64,000 bases of DNA, from positions 32,001 to 96,000 of the IMG/VR virus record IMGVR_UViG_2834368228_000004; one strand, 5' to 3'. Numbering within the stretch: the stretch's first letter is position 1; every line of letters begins with the position of its first letter. Origin of the DNA: a virus (lineage: Duplodnaviria > Caudoviricetes). The notes beneath the pieces were generated by a model. That model was not told the DNA's origin and ran no database searches. It saw only the letters and a program-made list of their open reading frames with translations. Shown one piece after another: positions 9,436 through 19,284 of the stretch. The position numbers and the translations under genes were made by a program.

Positions 9436-11442
9436 TTATAAAAGTTCTGTTTTTGTTGTAATATCTTCTGGAATCTCCATAATGAAGCGGGATGGATCAT
9501 AAGACTGGACACCTTTACCATCATGTCTTGCACGCTGGTTAGTGTACGTAATGTATATCTTTTCTTCTGCACGAGTTAATGCAACATAAGCTAATCTACG
9601 TTCTTCTTCTACATCCTCTTGAGTGTTTGATCTCCAAGATGGGAATAAGCCTTCATTCCATCCAATATTAAACACGACAGGAAACTCCAATCCCTTTGAA
9701 GCATGCATCGTCATCATTTTTACAACATTTGGCTCATCTTCACCATCTTGTTTATAATCAGAGATGAGAGATATTTCTTGCATGAATTCATCTAAAGGTT
9801 TATCAGGATGATTTTCTTCATAATGAGCCATTAGATTAATAAACTCTTGAATATTATCTAAACGTTCTTCTTCATTCTTATCTTTTTCTGCACGTGTTCT
9901 GTACAACTTTTGCAATCCAGATTGTTCGATCACATATCTTGCAAAAGCTGATATAGACATATTTGAGTTTAGTTTTTCTTCGAAATGATCGAGAGTATCT
10001 AAAAATGATTTAATCTTACCAGCTGCAGCCTTTTTAATGGAATCAATTGTATCAATTCCTTTTAATGCTCGGTAAACACTAACAGAGTTACTAGTTGCAT
10101 ACTCTTCGATAGCAGTCTGTGAAGTCTTACCGATTCCTCTTGTAGGTTTATTTAGGATACGAAGCATAGCAGCATCATCTTTTCGATTGTAAATAACTCT
10201 CAAATAAGATGTTATATCTTTAATCTCTTCTCTTTCGAAAAACGATTGTCCACCAAAAACTTTGAAGGGGATGAAGTTGTGAACAAAGACTTGTTCTAAA
10301 GCCATCGATTGATATCCTGCTCGATAAAGAATAGATATATCTTTCCACTCGTATTTTTCAGACATAACAAGCTGCTTAATCTTAGTAGCTATAAAAGCTG
10401 CTTCTGTATATTCGCTTTGCAATTGGATTATATCAACATTCTCACCTTCATCCTTATTGGCACGCAATACTTTATCATAAGGAGCAGGATTATTAGATAT
10501 TAAACCATTTCCAGCTTTAACAACAACATTTGTTGATCGATAATTATCTTCTAATTTGATAACTGTACAAGGTGCGAAATGCCTTTCAAAATTCATGATT
10601 ATTCCAATGTCAGACCCTCTAAATCGATAAATCGATTGATCGGGATCGCCAACGGCAAACACATTCATATGTGGTGCTGCAAGTAAACGTAGTAAGTTAA
10701 ACTGTGACGGATTAGAATCCTGATACTCATCAGACATAATATAATGAAATTTATTCTGCCAATAAGCTGCAGCATCTGGATGTTCTTCTAGTAATGTAAC
10801 AACATTCATTATTAAATCACCGAAGTCCATTGCATTTGATTCTTGCATAATACGTTGATAGTGAGAATAAACCAGTGACATATCTTGTTCAGTCCGGGAT
10901 TCCGCATTGTTGTATGAACAATATTCAGGAGTCCATAAATTATTCTTTGCATCATCAATATAATGCATTGCTAAGCCAGGCTTATATTTTCCATCAAAAG
11001 AAAGAGACTTATAAATACGTTCGATAAGTTTTAATACATCATAGGAATCATAAATGATAAAGTTGGATCGATTATCTACTTGTTCATATCCCAATAAATG
11101 AGCATGTTTTCTAAGTATGCGCACACACAAGCTGTGAAACGTACCCATCCATACTTTATTCATATTGTCTTCACCAACAATTGCTTCCAGTCTATCTTTC
11201 ATTTCACGAGCAGCTTTATTCGTAAATGTAGCACAAAAAATACTTTCAGGAGCTACATTGTTAGCAATCATATTAGCAATACGAGTAGTTAGAGTGGATG
11301 TTTTTCCAGATCCTGCTCCCGCTATCACAAGATATCTCCCATCAATTGTAATAGCCGCTTCACGTTGATGTTCATTTAATTTTGCAAGCATTTGTGCGAC
11401 CTGAAAGATATTCAGGCCGACACCTAATGTTGAAGTAGTCAA
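9436..11442 (-). CDS. pcrA: ATP-dependent DNA helicase PcrA/UvrD
   Basis: AGAGSGKT, TFTNKAA, DEYQD, VGDPDQSIY, TMHASKGLEF, EERRLAYVALTRA. Confidence 0.95.
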   Translation of the reverse strand: MTTSTLGVGLNIFQVAQMLAKLNEHQREAAITIDGRYLVIAGAGSGKTSTLTTRIANMIANNVAPESIFCATFTNKAAREMKDRLEAIVGEDNMNKVWMGTFHSLCVRILRKHAHLLGYEQVDNRSNFIIYDSYDVLKLIERIYKSLSFDGKYKPGLAMHYIDDAKNNLWTPEYCSYNNAESRTEQDMSLVYSHYQRIMQESNAMDFGDLIMNVVTLLEEHPDAAAYWQNKFHYIMSDEYQDSNPSQFNLLRLLAAPHMNVFAVGDPDQSIYRFRGSDIGIIMNFERHFAPCTVIKLEDNYRSTNVVVKAGNGLISNNPAPYDKVLRANKDEGENVDIIQLQSEYTEAAFIATKIKQLVMSEKYEWKDISILYRAGYQSMALEQVFVHNFIPFKVFGGQSFFEREEIKDITSYLRVIYNRKDDAAMLRILNKPTRGIGKTSQTAIEEYATSNSVSVYRALKGIDTIDSIKKAAAGKIKSFLDTLDHFEEKLNSNMSISAFARYVIEQSGLQKLYRTRAEKDKNEEERLDNIQEFINLMAHYEENHPDKPLDEFMQEISLISDYKQDGEDEPNVVKMMTMHASKGLEFPVVFNIGWNEGLFPSWRSNTQEDVEEERRLAYVALTRAEEKIYITYTNQRARHDGKGVQSYDPSRFIMEIPEDITTKTELL

Positions 11443-11454
11443 TTTATAACCTCC

Positions 11455-12204
11455 TTATGAAAATGATGCTTCTGGTTCTGCATCCGGTTCAACCTCAGAA
11501 GAATCACTGTCTAAGTCTAATATAATTGATGTATAATCCTGAGAAAGCTGCATTAATAGAATTTGGAACGAATTTAAACGCTTTAGAGAAGTCAAATCTC
11601 TAATACCTTCATAATCGAGAGTCCACTCATTTTTCTTATTATGATCCCAGCGATGAATTCTTACTTCAAAATTCATTTCCTCATCATGTTCACATTCGAA
11701 TATAATCACTGCAGATTTATGACTGCTCCATGACCTCTCTTCATTGTATTCAACATAATAATTCACTTCTACACTTTCATAATGAGGACTATCTTCAAAA
11801 TAAACATCGAGACCATGTGTTTCTACATTTTCAGCAACATATTTCATCCACTCTTCAAATAAATCAGTCGCATTAATAGTACTTTTTCTTTCATAATCTA
11901 CTAGATGCTTAAAGTTTTTAATAATTTCCTTATTATCTACAGTGCTGTTCTTTAAGATATCAACAAGAACAGCATCTAACTTAACGATATATTCACTATA
12001 ATCATAGTTCTCAAGATATGGTACCATTACAGACTTGATTTTCTTTTCAATTATACTAGTGATTCCTCCATACCTATTAAATAATTGATCAGTTGCACTT
12101 CTTATACTACTTTCAAACTCTTTTGTAATGATTTCCTCAACTATTCCCTCTTCCATTTTTGATGAAATAATATCTTTAATATTGGTCTCCAAGTTTTTCT
12201 CCAT
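11455..12204 (-). CDS. hypothetical phage protein
   Basis: 249-aa ORF with RBS. Confidence 0.75.
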   Translation of the reverse strand: MEKNLETNIKDIISSKMEEGIVEEIITKEFESSIRSATDQLFNRYGGITSIIEKKIKSVMVPYLENYDYSEYIVKLDAVLVDILKNSTVDNKEIIKNFKHLVDYERKSTINATDLFEEWMKYVAENVETHGLDVYFEDSPHYESVEVNYYVEYNEERSWSSHKSAVIIFECEHDEEMNFEVRIHRWDHNKKNEWTLDYEGIRDLTSLKRLNSFQILLMQLSQDYTSIILDLDSDSSEVEPDAEPEASFS

Positions 12205-12227
12205 GTTTTTTCTCTCCCTTTTTTAAA

Positions 12228-14897
12228 TTAGATTCTTCGCTTTACTTGCTTCATTAAATGAGGATGATACTGTGATAGAACATTGTAAAGCTCATTGAAT
12301 GTGTCTTTAATGTCCCATTGTGCTTCGTCAGACGTTCTAAGATTAATTAAGTGGTAAGCTTCCCATAAGTCAAAATTAGCCACTACACGTCTCTTATGTG
12401 CGTTTAAAATAAGATAGTCCGCTTCTTGATCGAAACCTTTTTCTACAAAGCTTACATACTGTGCAAATACTTTTTCATGTAAGTTCACTAAGAGATGTTC
12501 TAAACCAGCTGCTTTAATTCTTGGTGGAATTACTAATCCATTTTGCATAGAAGGCCCAGCAAACATAAAATCTGTTTTGCGGTTATGTCGCAAGAGCTGA
12601 TGCCAATTTGCTTCTGATACTTTTAGCTCAACCTGATAATTAACAGACTTAAAAGCTTCTGGTGCTGTATCAAAATGTTTAATATCAAAGAGAAGCTGTT
12701 CAATAATTTGATTTCTTTTTGCATAATCTAATTCTCTGGCACGATTAAGTGCAACTGAATAAGGAATATTTGATTGCTGTACAAAATATAAAGCTAAAAT
12801 ATTTAAAACCTCATCAAGTTCAAGGCCGACAGTAAGAACTTTAACATCACGTTGTAAACCTTGATCATCTTGAGTGGAATTAAAATTAGATTCAATAACA
12901 GATTGATGTTTTTTCTGGTATGGAGAAGCATCTGCGTATTTTAGTAAGACTGGTAATACTTTTGTTATCTCTTCTTTCAACGCTTTACGCATATCTTTAA
13001 CTTCAGTGTATTTGCTTGTCTCTAATTGTGCTAAGCCATCTCTCCAAGCACGACCATTAGCAGTCATACCTAATTGAGTGTACATGGCTAAAGGTAATGC
13101 ATAACGAGCATCTTCAAATGCAAGCTTTTTTAATGCATTATAGTCAGAAGACAGTTCTTTATCGATTTTAGTTAATTCCTTAACATTTTTATCATTCTCT
13201 TTTTGTTTCTTCTTAAGCTGTTTAAATTCTATAGAATCGTGATATTCAGATTTCAAATCCTTATAGACTTCATCAATTAACTTCTCAAATACATCAAAAC
13301 ATTCATTCATAGACTGTTCAAATTCTTTATGTTCTTTGCTATTCTTTTTGAATGGATTATGCCAATCACCACGTTTAGGCTTTTGATATCGCTGACTGTA
13401 TTCTGTAATACTGTAAAATGTATTACTAAGTTCAAGATCTGCACTTGCTAGTCGAGATACCTTTTCAATACCGACATGTGCTACAGCATGTTCTGCAACG
13501 CTGTTTCCGCTAATATGAACTCTTCCATTTCGACGCACAATTAATGTGTGATACTTTGGCAACTCTGCACAATAAACTAAACCACTGTAATCCTCCCAGT
13601 CATCAAAAATGTCATATTGAACTTTATTAACCATCGATTCAAGTAGCTTTTTTGTAATAAATAATCTCCATCCATCCTTATGGTTTTCAGATTGTGCAGG
13701 TCGCTCATAACTAAGATATGAACTCCAGCCTAATAGTAAAACTAAATGTTGCACTTGATCTGCTAATGTTTTACTAGAAGTATCATATACCATTGATCCA
13801 TTTCTATGATCTTTACTTCCATCTGAATTCATTAAGCCATCAAATAAATAATGAAGAATTGTGGAATCAAGTTCTAGAAGATTATCTGGGATTTGTTTTT
13901 CTCTATTTTCGTCATAACATTTTGATAAGATATCACCAATATCATTATTGTTAGATGTGATATAGAACTTATAATTTTTATTTGCTGAAATTGATAAGCC
14001 TAACTGTTCACAGAGAGAATATAGATAATCAATTTTACGTTGTTTTTTAATATGAAACTGAACTGAATGTTTTGTTCGGGTATCAATGTAACCATCTCCA
14101 ATAAAAAAGCCAAAAAGTTGTAGTAATGGCTCAATTGGGTATCCATATAATGTATCGGAAACGTCCCCATTCCAATTTAATCCACCTAATCTAACCTTAT
14201 AACATTTGTCTTTTAAATCTTCAGCATTAATTAACTGATATTTACGAGTTTCGAATTCTTTAATCTTATGACGAGGCCATGCAAAAACCTTATGATTTGG
14301 TGTTACCATCATATCTATACGGTTTCGATCAACCTTATACATTGGTCCAGTATAAGGTTCTTCAATGAGTTTAACTGGCTTTAAATATTCAACTTCTAAA
14401 GAGTCAGGATTTACAGATGCTAATTTATCATCATCATTAACACTAAACCAGTTTTTAAATCCTTTCTCCGTAAGAACTTCAGTTTTCTCATCGTAGCAAC
14501 TATGTCCGTACCCGACAGTCCACTTTTCATGAAAATCTTTTGCTTTCTTATCAAGACTAGTAAAAGTGTCTTGCTTCGGAACTTCTATATCAAATTCTTT
14601 TAAAGCTATTTGTAAATGTTCCTTAAACGATTTAGGTGAACGGGATACCCATGCGAATAAAGTTGCAACAAACTCTTCTGGTAAGTTTTTAATGGCATAG
14701 ATGTTCCCTTCTGGATTGCTGACAAAAGGAGAGATATCGATTGTTTTTTCTGTTTGTTTATTCTCTGATGATTCAGTTTTTGTAGGTCTTTTCCTTGTTG
14801 TGTTTCTCTTTTCTACTGTAGAAGTCTTATTGGAATCATTGATTTCTTCCTTTACTTCGACTTTTGTATTCTTTTCTTCTTGTTTTGTATTTGACAT
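12228..14897 (-). CDS. thyX: FAD-dependent thymidylate synthase with tandem ThyX domains, intein-containing
   Basis: GYGHS|SVAEH, SQRY, EDARYALP, QLLRH, LRTSDEAQWDI; start revised to ATG 14897 after AGGAGG. Confidence 0.88.
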   Translation of the reverse strand: MSNTKQEEKNTKVEVKEEINDSNKTSTVEKRNTTRKRPTKTESSENKQTEKTIDISPFVSNPEGNIYAIKNLPEEFVATLFAWVSRSPKSFKEHLQIALKEFDIEVPKQDTFTSLDKKAKDFHEKWTVGYGHSCYDEKTEVLTEKGFKNWFSVNDDDKLASVNPDSLEVEYLKPVKLIEEPYTGPMYKVDRNRIDMMVTPNHKVFAWPRHKIKEFETRKYQLINAEDLKDKCYKVRLGGLNWNGDVSDTLYGYPIEPLLQLFGFFIGDGYIDTRTKHSVQFHIKKQRKIDYLYSLCEQLGLSISANKNYKFYITSNNNDIGDILSKCYDENREKQIPDNLLELDSTILHYLFDGLMNSDGSKDHRNGSMVYDTSSKTLADQVQHLVLLLGWSSYLSYERPAQSENHKDGWRLFITKKLLESMVNKVQYDIFDDWEDYSGLVYCAELPKYHTLIVRRNGRVHISGNSVAEHAVAHVGIEKVSRLASADLELSNTFYSITEYSQRYQKPKRGDWHNPFKKNSKEHKEFEQSMNECFDVFEKLIDEVYKDLKSEYHDSIEFKQLKKKQKENDKNVKELTKIDKELSSDYNALKKLAFEDARYALPLAMYTQLGMTANGRAWRDGLAQLETSKYTEVKDMRKALKEEITKVLPVLLKYADASPYQKKHQSVIESNFNSTQDDQGLQRDVKVLTVGLELDEVLNILALYFVQQSNIPYSVALNRARELDYAKRNQIIEQLLFDIKHFDTAPEAFKSVNYQVELKVSEANWHQLLRHNRKTDFMFAGPSMQNGLVIPPRIKAAGLEHLLVNLHEKVFAQYVSFVEKGFDQEADYLILNAHKRRVVANFDLWEAYHLINLRTSDEAQWDIKDTFNELYNVLSQYHPHLMKQVKRRI
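13503..14498 (-). mobile_element. intein with LAGLIDADG endonuclease (332 aa) in thyX
   Basis: Begins CYDEKTEVLT, block B VTPNH, LFGFFIGDG and LFDGLMNSDG, ends HISGN before Ser. Confidence 0.92.
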
Positions 14898-15024
14898 TAT
14901 TATTCCTCCTATGTAATGCATTAATGCACAGCATAGAGCTGATTGGTTGAAACTACCTTGTCAGGGGTGTTTCACCATCCTTTTTATATTTTTTATTCAG
15001 CCCTATGCTGTGCATTAATTAGGT

Positions 15025-15162
15025 TCACGGTAGGCAGGATTTGAACCTGCGTGGGAAGGTATTTCCAGAGGACCCTTCATACAAAGTATCAACATCTTGG
15101 TTTTTTATTTCCTTCCTCCCCGCTCGTCGGGGTGCGTTCGGCCAGCTTCGCTACTTCCGTGA
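15025..15162 (-). ncRNA. tRNA-like RNA (Ser-like) with a 5-nt anticodon loop and greatly enlarged variable arm
   Basis: Acceptor ACGGAAG/CTACCGT, D arm GCG-AAGCTGGCCGAA-CGC, CCCCG-ACGAG-CGGGG, T arm GCAGG-TTCAAAT-CCTGC, discriminator G. Confidence 0.7.
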
Positions 15163-15433
15163 TAATAAAGTGGATGGCTTCGCACTCAGTTGTGCCGGGA
15201 CGCAAGATCCTATCACATAGTTAACGCCATCCAAATTAACTAAGTGATATGTTTGTTACAGCAGTTTTCATCTGCCCACTCTTTGCTAACTGTTTGCGGG
15301 GTCAGTTTGAAAGAGCAAAAGTCAACCACTCCCCCAATATCAGACAATCTATTTATCTACTATTGGGGGAGTTCCAACATTGTTGGATGCTCCACATCTG
15401 CTGTACGATACCTAGAAAGTAGTAGGTTCCTTA

Positions 15434-15880
15434 TTATTTTTTTACTAAATCTTTCTTATGCTCTAAAAAGGTTTTATTAATTTGATCGTAATAAGATACA
15501 ATACCTTTGTTTTTTATGTCTTTGGAGTTAAATAAACCTATGACTCTTTTAATTGGTATAGATGATATTGAATCTCCATTAGCATCAGATATTGGCAATT
15601 TGATGCGTAAGAATTCTAATGATGGAGCTTCATAATTCCATTCAGATCCTTCAATTGTTTTAATCATTGTTTCTCCAAGTATTAGTCCATAAGCAAATAA
15701 TATAACTGTCACATCATCAGCTGGTTGATTCCGGGACAACTTAAGAATATGCTTTTCAATTTGTGTAAGAGATGGTCGTGTGAAACCAGGAAGCATATCT
15801 ACACGAATAATTTGTGGCACTATTTTATCTCTAATTTCATTAACTGTATCTTCAAAATTACTTAGTTCTACTTTTGACAT
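15434..15880 (-). CDS. hypothetical protein
   Basis: 148-aa ORF with RBS. Confidence 0.7.
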   Translation of the reverse strand: MSKVELSNFEDTVNEIRDKIVPQIIRVDMLPGFTRPSLTQIEKHILKLSRNQPADDVTVILFAYGLILGETMIKTIEGSEWNYEAPSLEFLRIKLPISDANGDSISSIPIKRVIGLFNSKDIKNKGIVSYYDQINKTFLEHKKDLVKK

Positions 15881-15902
15881 TTAAATGCTCCTCTAATCTC
15901 AA

Positions 15903-16109
15903 TTAAGTAAGGTCATTAAATACTGATAAATTACCGCTACCTTCGTAGAATTCAGGCTTTTTACCTTCATCTTTCTTCTGACCGGCATTTGCAAGACTAA
16001 CTTCAATCTCTTTTGTAACTTCAACACATGATGACCCTTGACCATTTAGTACTTCCATATTGATCTCTCCGCCTGGAGATATTTTAAATTTAACTTCAGT
16101 TAATTGCAT
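15903..16109 (-). CDS. DUF2997 family protein
   Basis: FKISPGGEINMEVLNGQGSSCVEVTKEIE...KPEFY pattern; near DUF1257 and the AAA ATPase. Confidence 0.8.
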   Translation of the reverse strand: MQLTEVKFKISPGGEINMEVLNGQGSSCVEVTKEIEVSLANAGQKKDEGKKPEFYEGSGNLSVFNDLT

Positions 16110-16135
16110 TTTGGACTCTCCTTTGTCTATCTTAA

Positions 16136-16453
16136 TTATTTTAAATTAAATGATGTGAAAAAATCTAAGTTATCTTCTGGTGTTGGACGACCAGCATTAT
16201 TCCATGATTTTGCATAATTTAAAACAGCTTCTATATCATTTCTAGGCTTTTCAATCTTATAAATTACTTCATCTTTATAGAATATTTCAATTAAAGAGGT
16301 TTCACCATAAACTTCGGTATCATCATATGATTCAAAACCTGTAGAAGAATCAATAGTAAGTATTTGACTAGCCATAGAATGTACTACAACATAAAATTTT
16401 TCCTTAAATGCATCCAGTATGGCTTTTTCTTCATCTGTAAATATATTTTGCAT
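16136..16453 (-). CDS. hypothetical protein
   Basis: 105-aa ORF with RBS. Confidence 0.65.
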   Translation of the reverse strand: MQNIFTDEEKAILDAFKEKFYVVVHSMASQILTIDSSTGFESYDDTEVYGETSLIEIFYKDEVIYKIEKPRNDIEAVLNYAKSWNNAGRPTPEDNLDFFTSFNLK

Positions 16454-16467
16454 AAAAAATCTCCTTT

Positions 16468-16743
16468 TTAAGCTGTTTTCAATTTAGGTGCTCTTTTTTT
16501 ACTTTCAAATTGAATCCAAGCTGCAAAAACAAACGTAGATGTTAAGTTAGCTAATCCAGCCGTACTTGACTGGAATGCAAATAATTTCAATAGTATTGTG
16601 CTTGCAAATAATCCATATGAAATATTAATAGCCCATCCAAGGATTGGGATTTTTAAAATCCAAACTAAAACCTTTTTAATCTTATATACAGGAGCAATTG
16701 TGGCTGCAGATGCTATAGCAACTGTAAAAAGAAACATAAACAT
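16468..16743 (-). CDS. small membrane protein
   Basis: Several hydrophobic segments; ATG 16743 follows GGAGG. Confidence 0.65.
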   Translation of the reverse strand: MFMFLFTVAIASAATIAPVYKIKKVLVWILKIPILGWAINISYGLFASTILLKLFAFQSSTAGLANLTSTFVFAAWIQFESKKRAPKLKTA

Positions 16744-16791
16744 ATTAAACACCTCCAGTTTTAATATGTAGATAGGGTGGATTAAACCACC

Positions 16792-17178
16792 CTATGCAAA
16801 CGTAGTTGCAAGAATTTCAATCTCGCCTTCTTGATTGAATTGAATATTCTCAAAGTTTACAGTCCATCGATTTTCTTCACATGTTTGGATAACTTGATAT
16901 TTTGAATGTAATTGGCTTATTTTATTTGTGAATTGCTTTTCTGACATGGGAACTTTAAACCAATCAGCTTGCAATTGTAATTCACCGCTTTTATCCTTTA
17001 TCCATCCTAATGGAAGAAGCTTACCATTAGAAACTACTGCTAGATCAGCTAAGCGCTTTTGACCATAGTAATCAGTAATCGTTGTATTCTCCTTGTACCC
17101 AAGACCCATATCTGACAATGAAGCTTTAATAAAATCTACATTTGACACGTTACACTCATAAACTGCAAAATGACTCAT
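16792..17178 (-). CDS. DUF1257 (Ycf35-like) protein
   Basis: MSHF N-terminus, DYYGQ, LQADW. Confidence 0.8.
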   Translation of the reverse strand: MSHFAVYECNVSNVDFIKASLSDMGLGYKENTTITDYYGQKRLADLAVVSNGKLLPLGWIKDKSGELQLQADWFKVPMSEKQFTNKISQLHSKYQVIQTCEENRWTVNFENIQFNQEGEIEILATTFA

Positions 17179-17219
17179 AAAAATATCCTCCTTGTAATTG
17201 TATATAATAAGAGCAAATG

Positions 17220-17618
17220 CTACTTATTTTTCATTCTTTCAGGCATATATGTTTCAGCAATCTTTTTAAGCAATTCGCTTCTTTCTTTTTGAACAGCTAT
17301 TACCTGGTTATAAACTGGCGTAGGCATTGTTTCCATTTCTTCATTTGTAAATCCTTCATTTGTTATCATCTCTCGAAGGCTTTTAAATGTATTAATTGTT
17401 TCTTTTACAATCGTATCTTTCATCTTATATTTAAAAACTACAAGATGACTGACTTTCTGGAAAAAGTCATTATATGCATGAGCAAGTTCTCTATATTCAC
17501 ACATAGCAAAATCGACAGCATGTCCTATAATTTCTTGATTATTATAATGATGTTCTTCAACTTTTGACTCGCTAAGCATCTCATAGATACGGGATTTCTC
17601 TTCTACTGGATCAAACAT
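17220..17618 (-). CDS. hypothetical protein
   Basis: 132-aa ORF with RBS. Confidence 0.65.
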   Translation of the reverse strand: MFDPVEEKSRIYEMLSESKVEEHHYNNQEIIGHAVDFAMCEYRELAHAYNDFFQKVSHLVVFKYKMKDTIVKETINTFKSLREMITNEGFTNEEMETMPTPVYNQVIAVQKERSELLKKIAETYMPERMKNK

Positions 17619-17634
17619 ATCTTCACCTCAGCTT

Positions 17635-19266
17635 TTAATTGAAATCAAACAGTAGCTCTTTTGGGTTGACTTCATCTTTATTCTTTTCTGTTTTAATTGG
17701 TTTACCATGAATAGCTTCATGCTCATAAGAAGATGCACATTTGGCAGATTGTTTTGCCCATGTTCGTAATTCTTGAAGAATTTCAGGGTTCCTTTGAACG
17801 ATTGGAATAACTAACTCAGTTTGTTCTACCAAGTCCTTTTCAGTCATCTGATAAGATTCACGTAACTCCTTCTTGTAACCTGCATATGCTCTTCTACCTG
17901 ATTCAGCAACTACTCTTTCGATCTCAGCACCTGTAAAGTTATTCATTAATTGAGCTACACGTTTAATTTGATTAGGCTCAAATGTGTTTTCATCTTTCTT
18001 TTCACCAATTTCATATCCACGTTTGCGAAGATGAATCTCTAAAATATCTTCTCTTTCTTCTTCTGAAGGAATAGAGACAAAGAAAAACTCATCAAATCGG
18101 CCAGCACGTGTTAACTCTGGAGGTAATTTAGAAATATCATTAGCAGTTGCAATAACAAATACAGGTGCTTCCTTATCCGATAACCAAGTTAATAATGATT
18201 GAACAACACGGGATAATGTTCCTCCATCTGATCTATCTGATGAGCCCACTCCACTAAGACCTTTTTCCAGCTCGTCAATCCAGAGAACACATGGAGATAC
18301 ATCTTCGGCAAGCTTTAATGCACGATCAATATTCTTTTCACTCTGGCCGACTTTCGAGTCCATGATTTTTGACATATTCATTTTTAATAATGGCAAATTC
18401 CAAAGATGTGCTAATGACTTTGCCATGAGAGATTTACCACTACCAGGAACACCAACTGTAATAGCTCCTCTTGCAGGATCGATATTATAGTCACGTGCTT
18501 CTGGATCAAAAGCATAGTAAGCATCGTTTAACCATTCTTTAAATATATCCATACCACCAACATTGTCCATGTTACCTAACTTTGTAATGTATTCCAATAA
18601 GCCAGTTTTGCGAATAACTTGCTCTTTTTCTGCCACTATCTCATCAAGTAAAATACGTTTATGTTTTGTAGCAGATTTCTTCAGAACATTATTAACTTCT
18701 GTACGTGTCATGCCGACCAAAGCATGGATAATAGCATCTCTTTCTCGACCTTCTGGCGTTGGAAGTTCTTTGCTTCTCAAAAACTTTTCCATTCCTTCTA
18801 AAAGTTCAATTACATCTTTTCGAGAAGGTAAATCATATCGAACAGTTGTAATTGATTTTTCAAGTTCTAAAGGTATTGATATCTGTGGAGACGTACAAAT
18901 AATTGGCTTATAGATAGAGCTTTTACTTTCTAAGTAATCACGCAACGCTCGTTTTGCTTGTGGATTAGACCAAAGATCATGTATATCTTTTAAAATAAAA
19001 ATAGATGGCTTATCATGAGCCGTAATTCTTTTAACAAAACTAATCGGATCATAATCTTTAAAAACTTCTTCTTCAGATAAAAGATCAACACCACCGCCAG
19101 TGATGGACCAAGAGTATATTTCAAATGACTTTAACTCAGCTAATGCTTTCATATCTTCAAGAAAACGCTCTTCTTCGTATGTTTCAACAAGTAAAGCTTT
19201 CCGCCTTGAATTTAATAGTGTTTGAATTTCATTAATACCACTCATTTCAAGTGTGTTTTCACTCAT
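17635..19266 (-). CDS. Ycf46-like AAA+ ATPase
   Basis: TYEEER, EKEQVIRKTGLLEY, GVPGSGKS, WIDELEKG, TANDISKLPPELTRAGRFDE. Confidence 0.88.
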   Translation of the reverse strand: MSENTLEMSGINEIQTLLNSRRKALLVETYEEERFLEDMKALAELKSFEIYSWSITGGGVDLLSEEEVFKDYDPISFVKRITAHDKPSIFILKDIHDLWSNPQAKRALRDYLESKSSIYKPIICTSPQISIPLELEKSITTVRYDLPSRKDVIELLEGMEKFLRSKELPTPEGRERDAIIHALVGMTRTEVNNVLKKSATKHKRILLDEIVAEKEQVIRKTGLLEYITKLGNMDNVGGMDIFKEWLNDAYYAFDPEARDYNIDPARGAITVGVPGSGKSLMAKSLAHLWNLPLLKMNMSKIMDSKVGQSEKNIDRALKLAEDVSPCVLWIDELEKGLSGVGSSDRSDGGTLSRVVQSLLTWLSDKEAPVFVIATANDISKLPPELTRAGRFDEFFFVSIPSEEEREDILEIHLRKRGYEIGEKKDENTFEPNQIKRVAQLMNNFTGAEIERVVAESGRRAYAGYKKELRESYQMTEKDLVEQTELVIPIVQRNPEILQELRTWAKQSAKCASSYEHEAIHGKPIKTEKNKDEVNPKELLFDFN

Positions 19267-19284
19267 TTATATTTCCCTCCAATT

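Noticed and set aside
15170-15235. GGGACGCAA resembling a c-di-GMP-I riboswitch, or an HDV/theta ribozyme near the tRNA mimic
   Set aside because: Lacks the GGCAAAC/GNRA P2 arrangement and the P3-L3-P1.1 elements; reported only as an unknown pseudoknot
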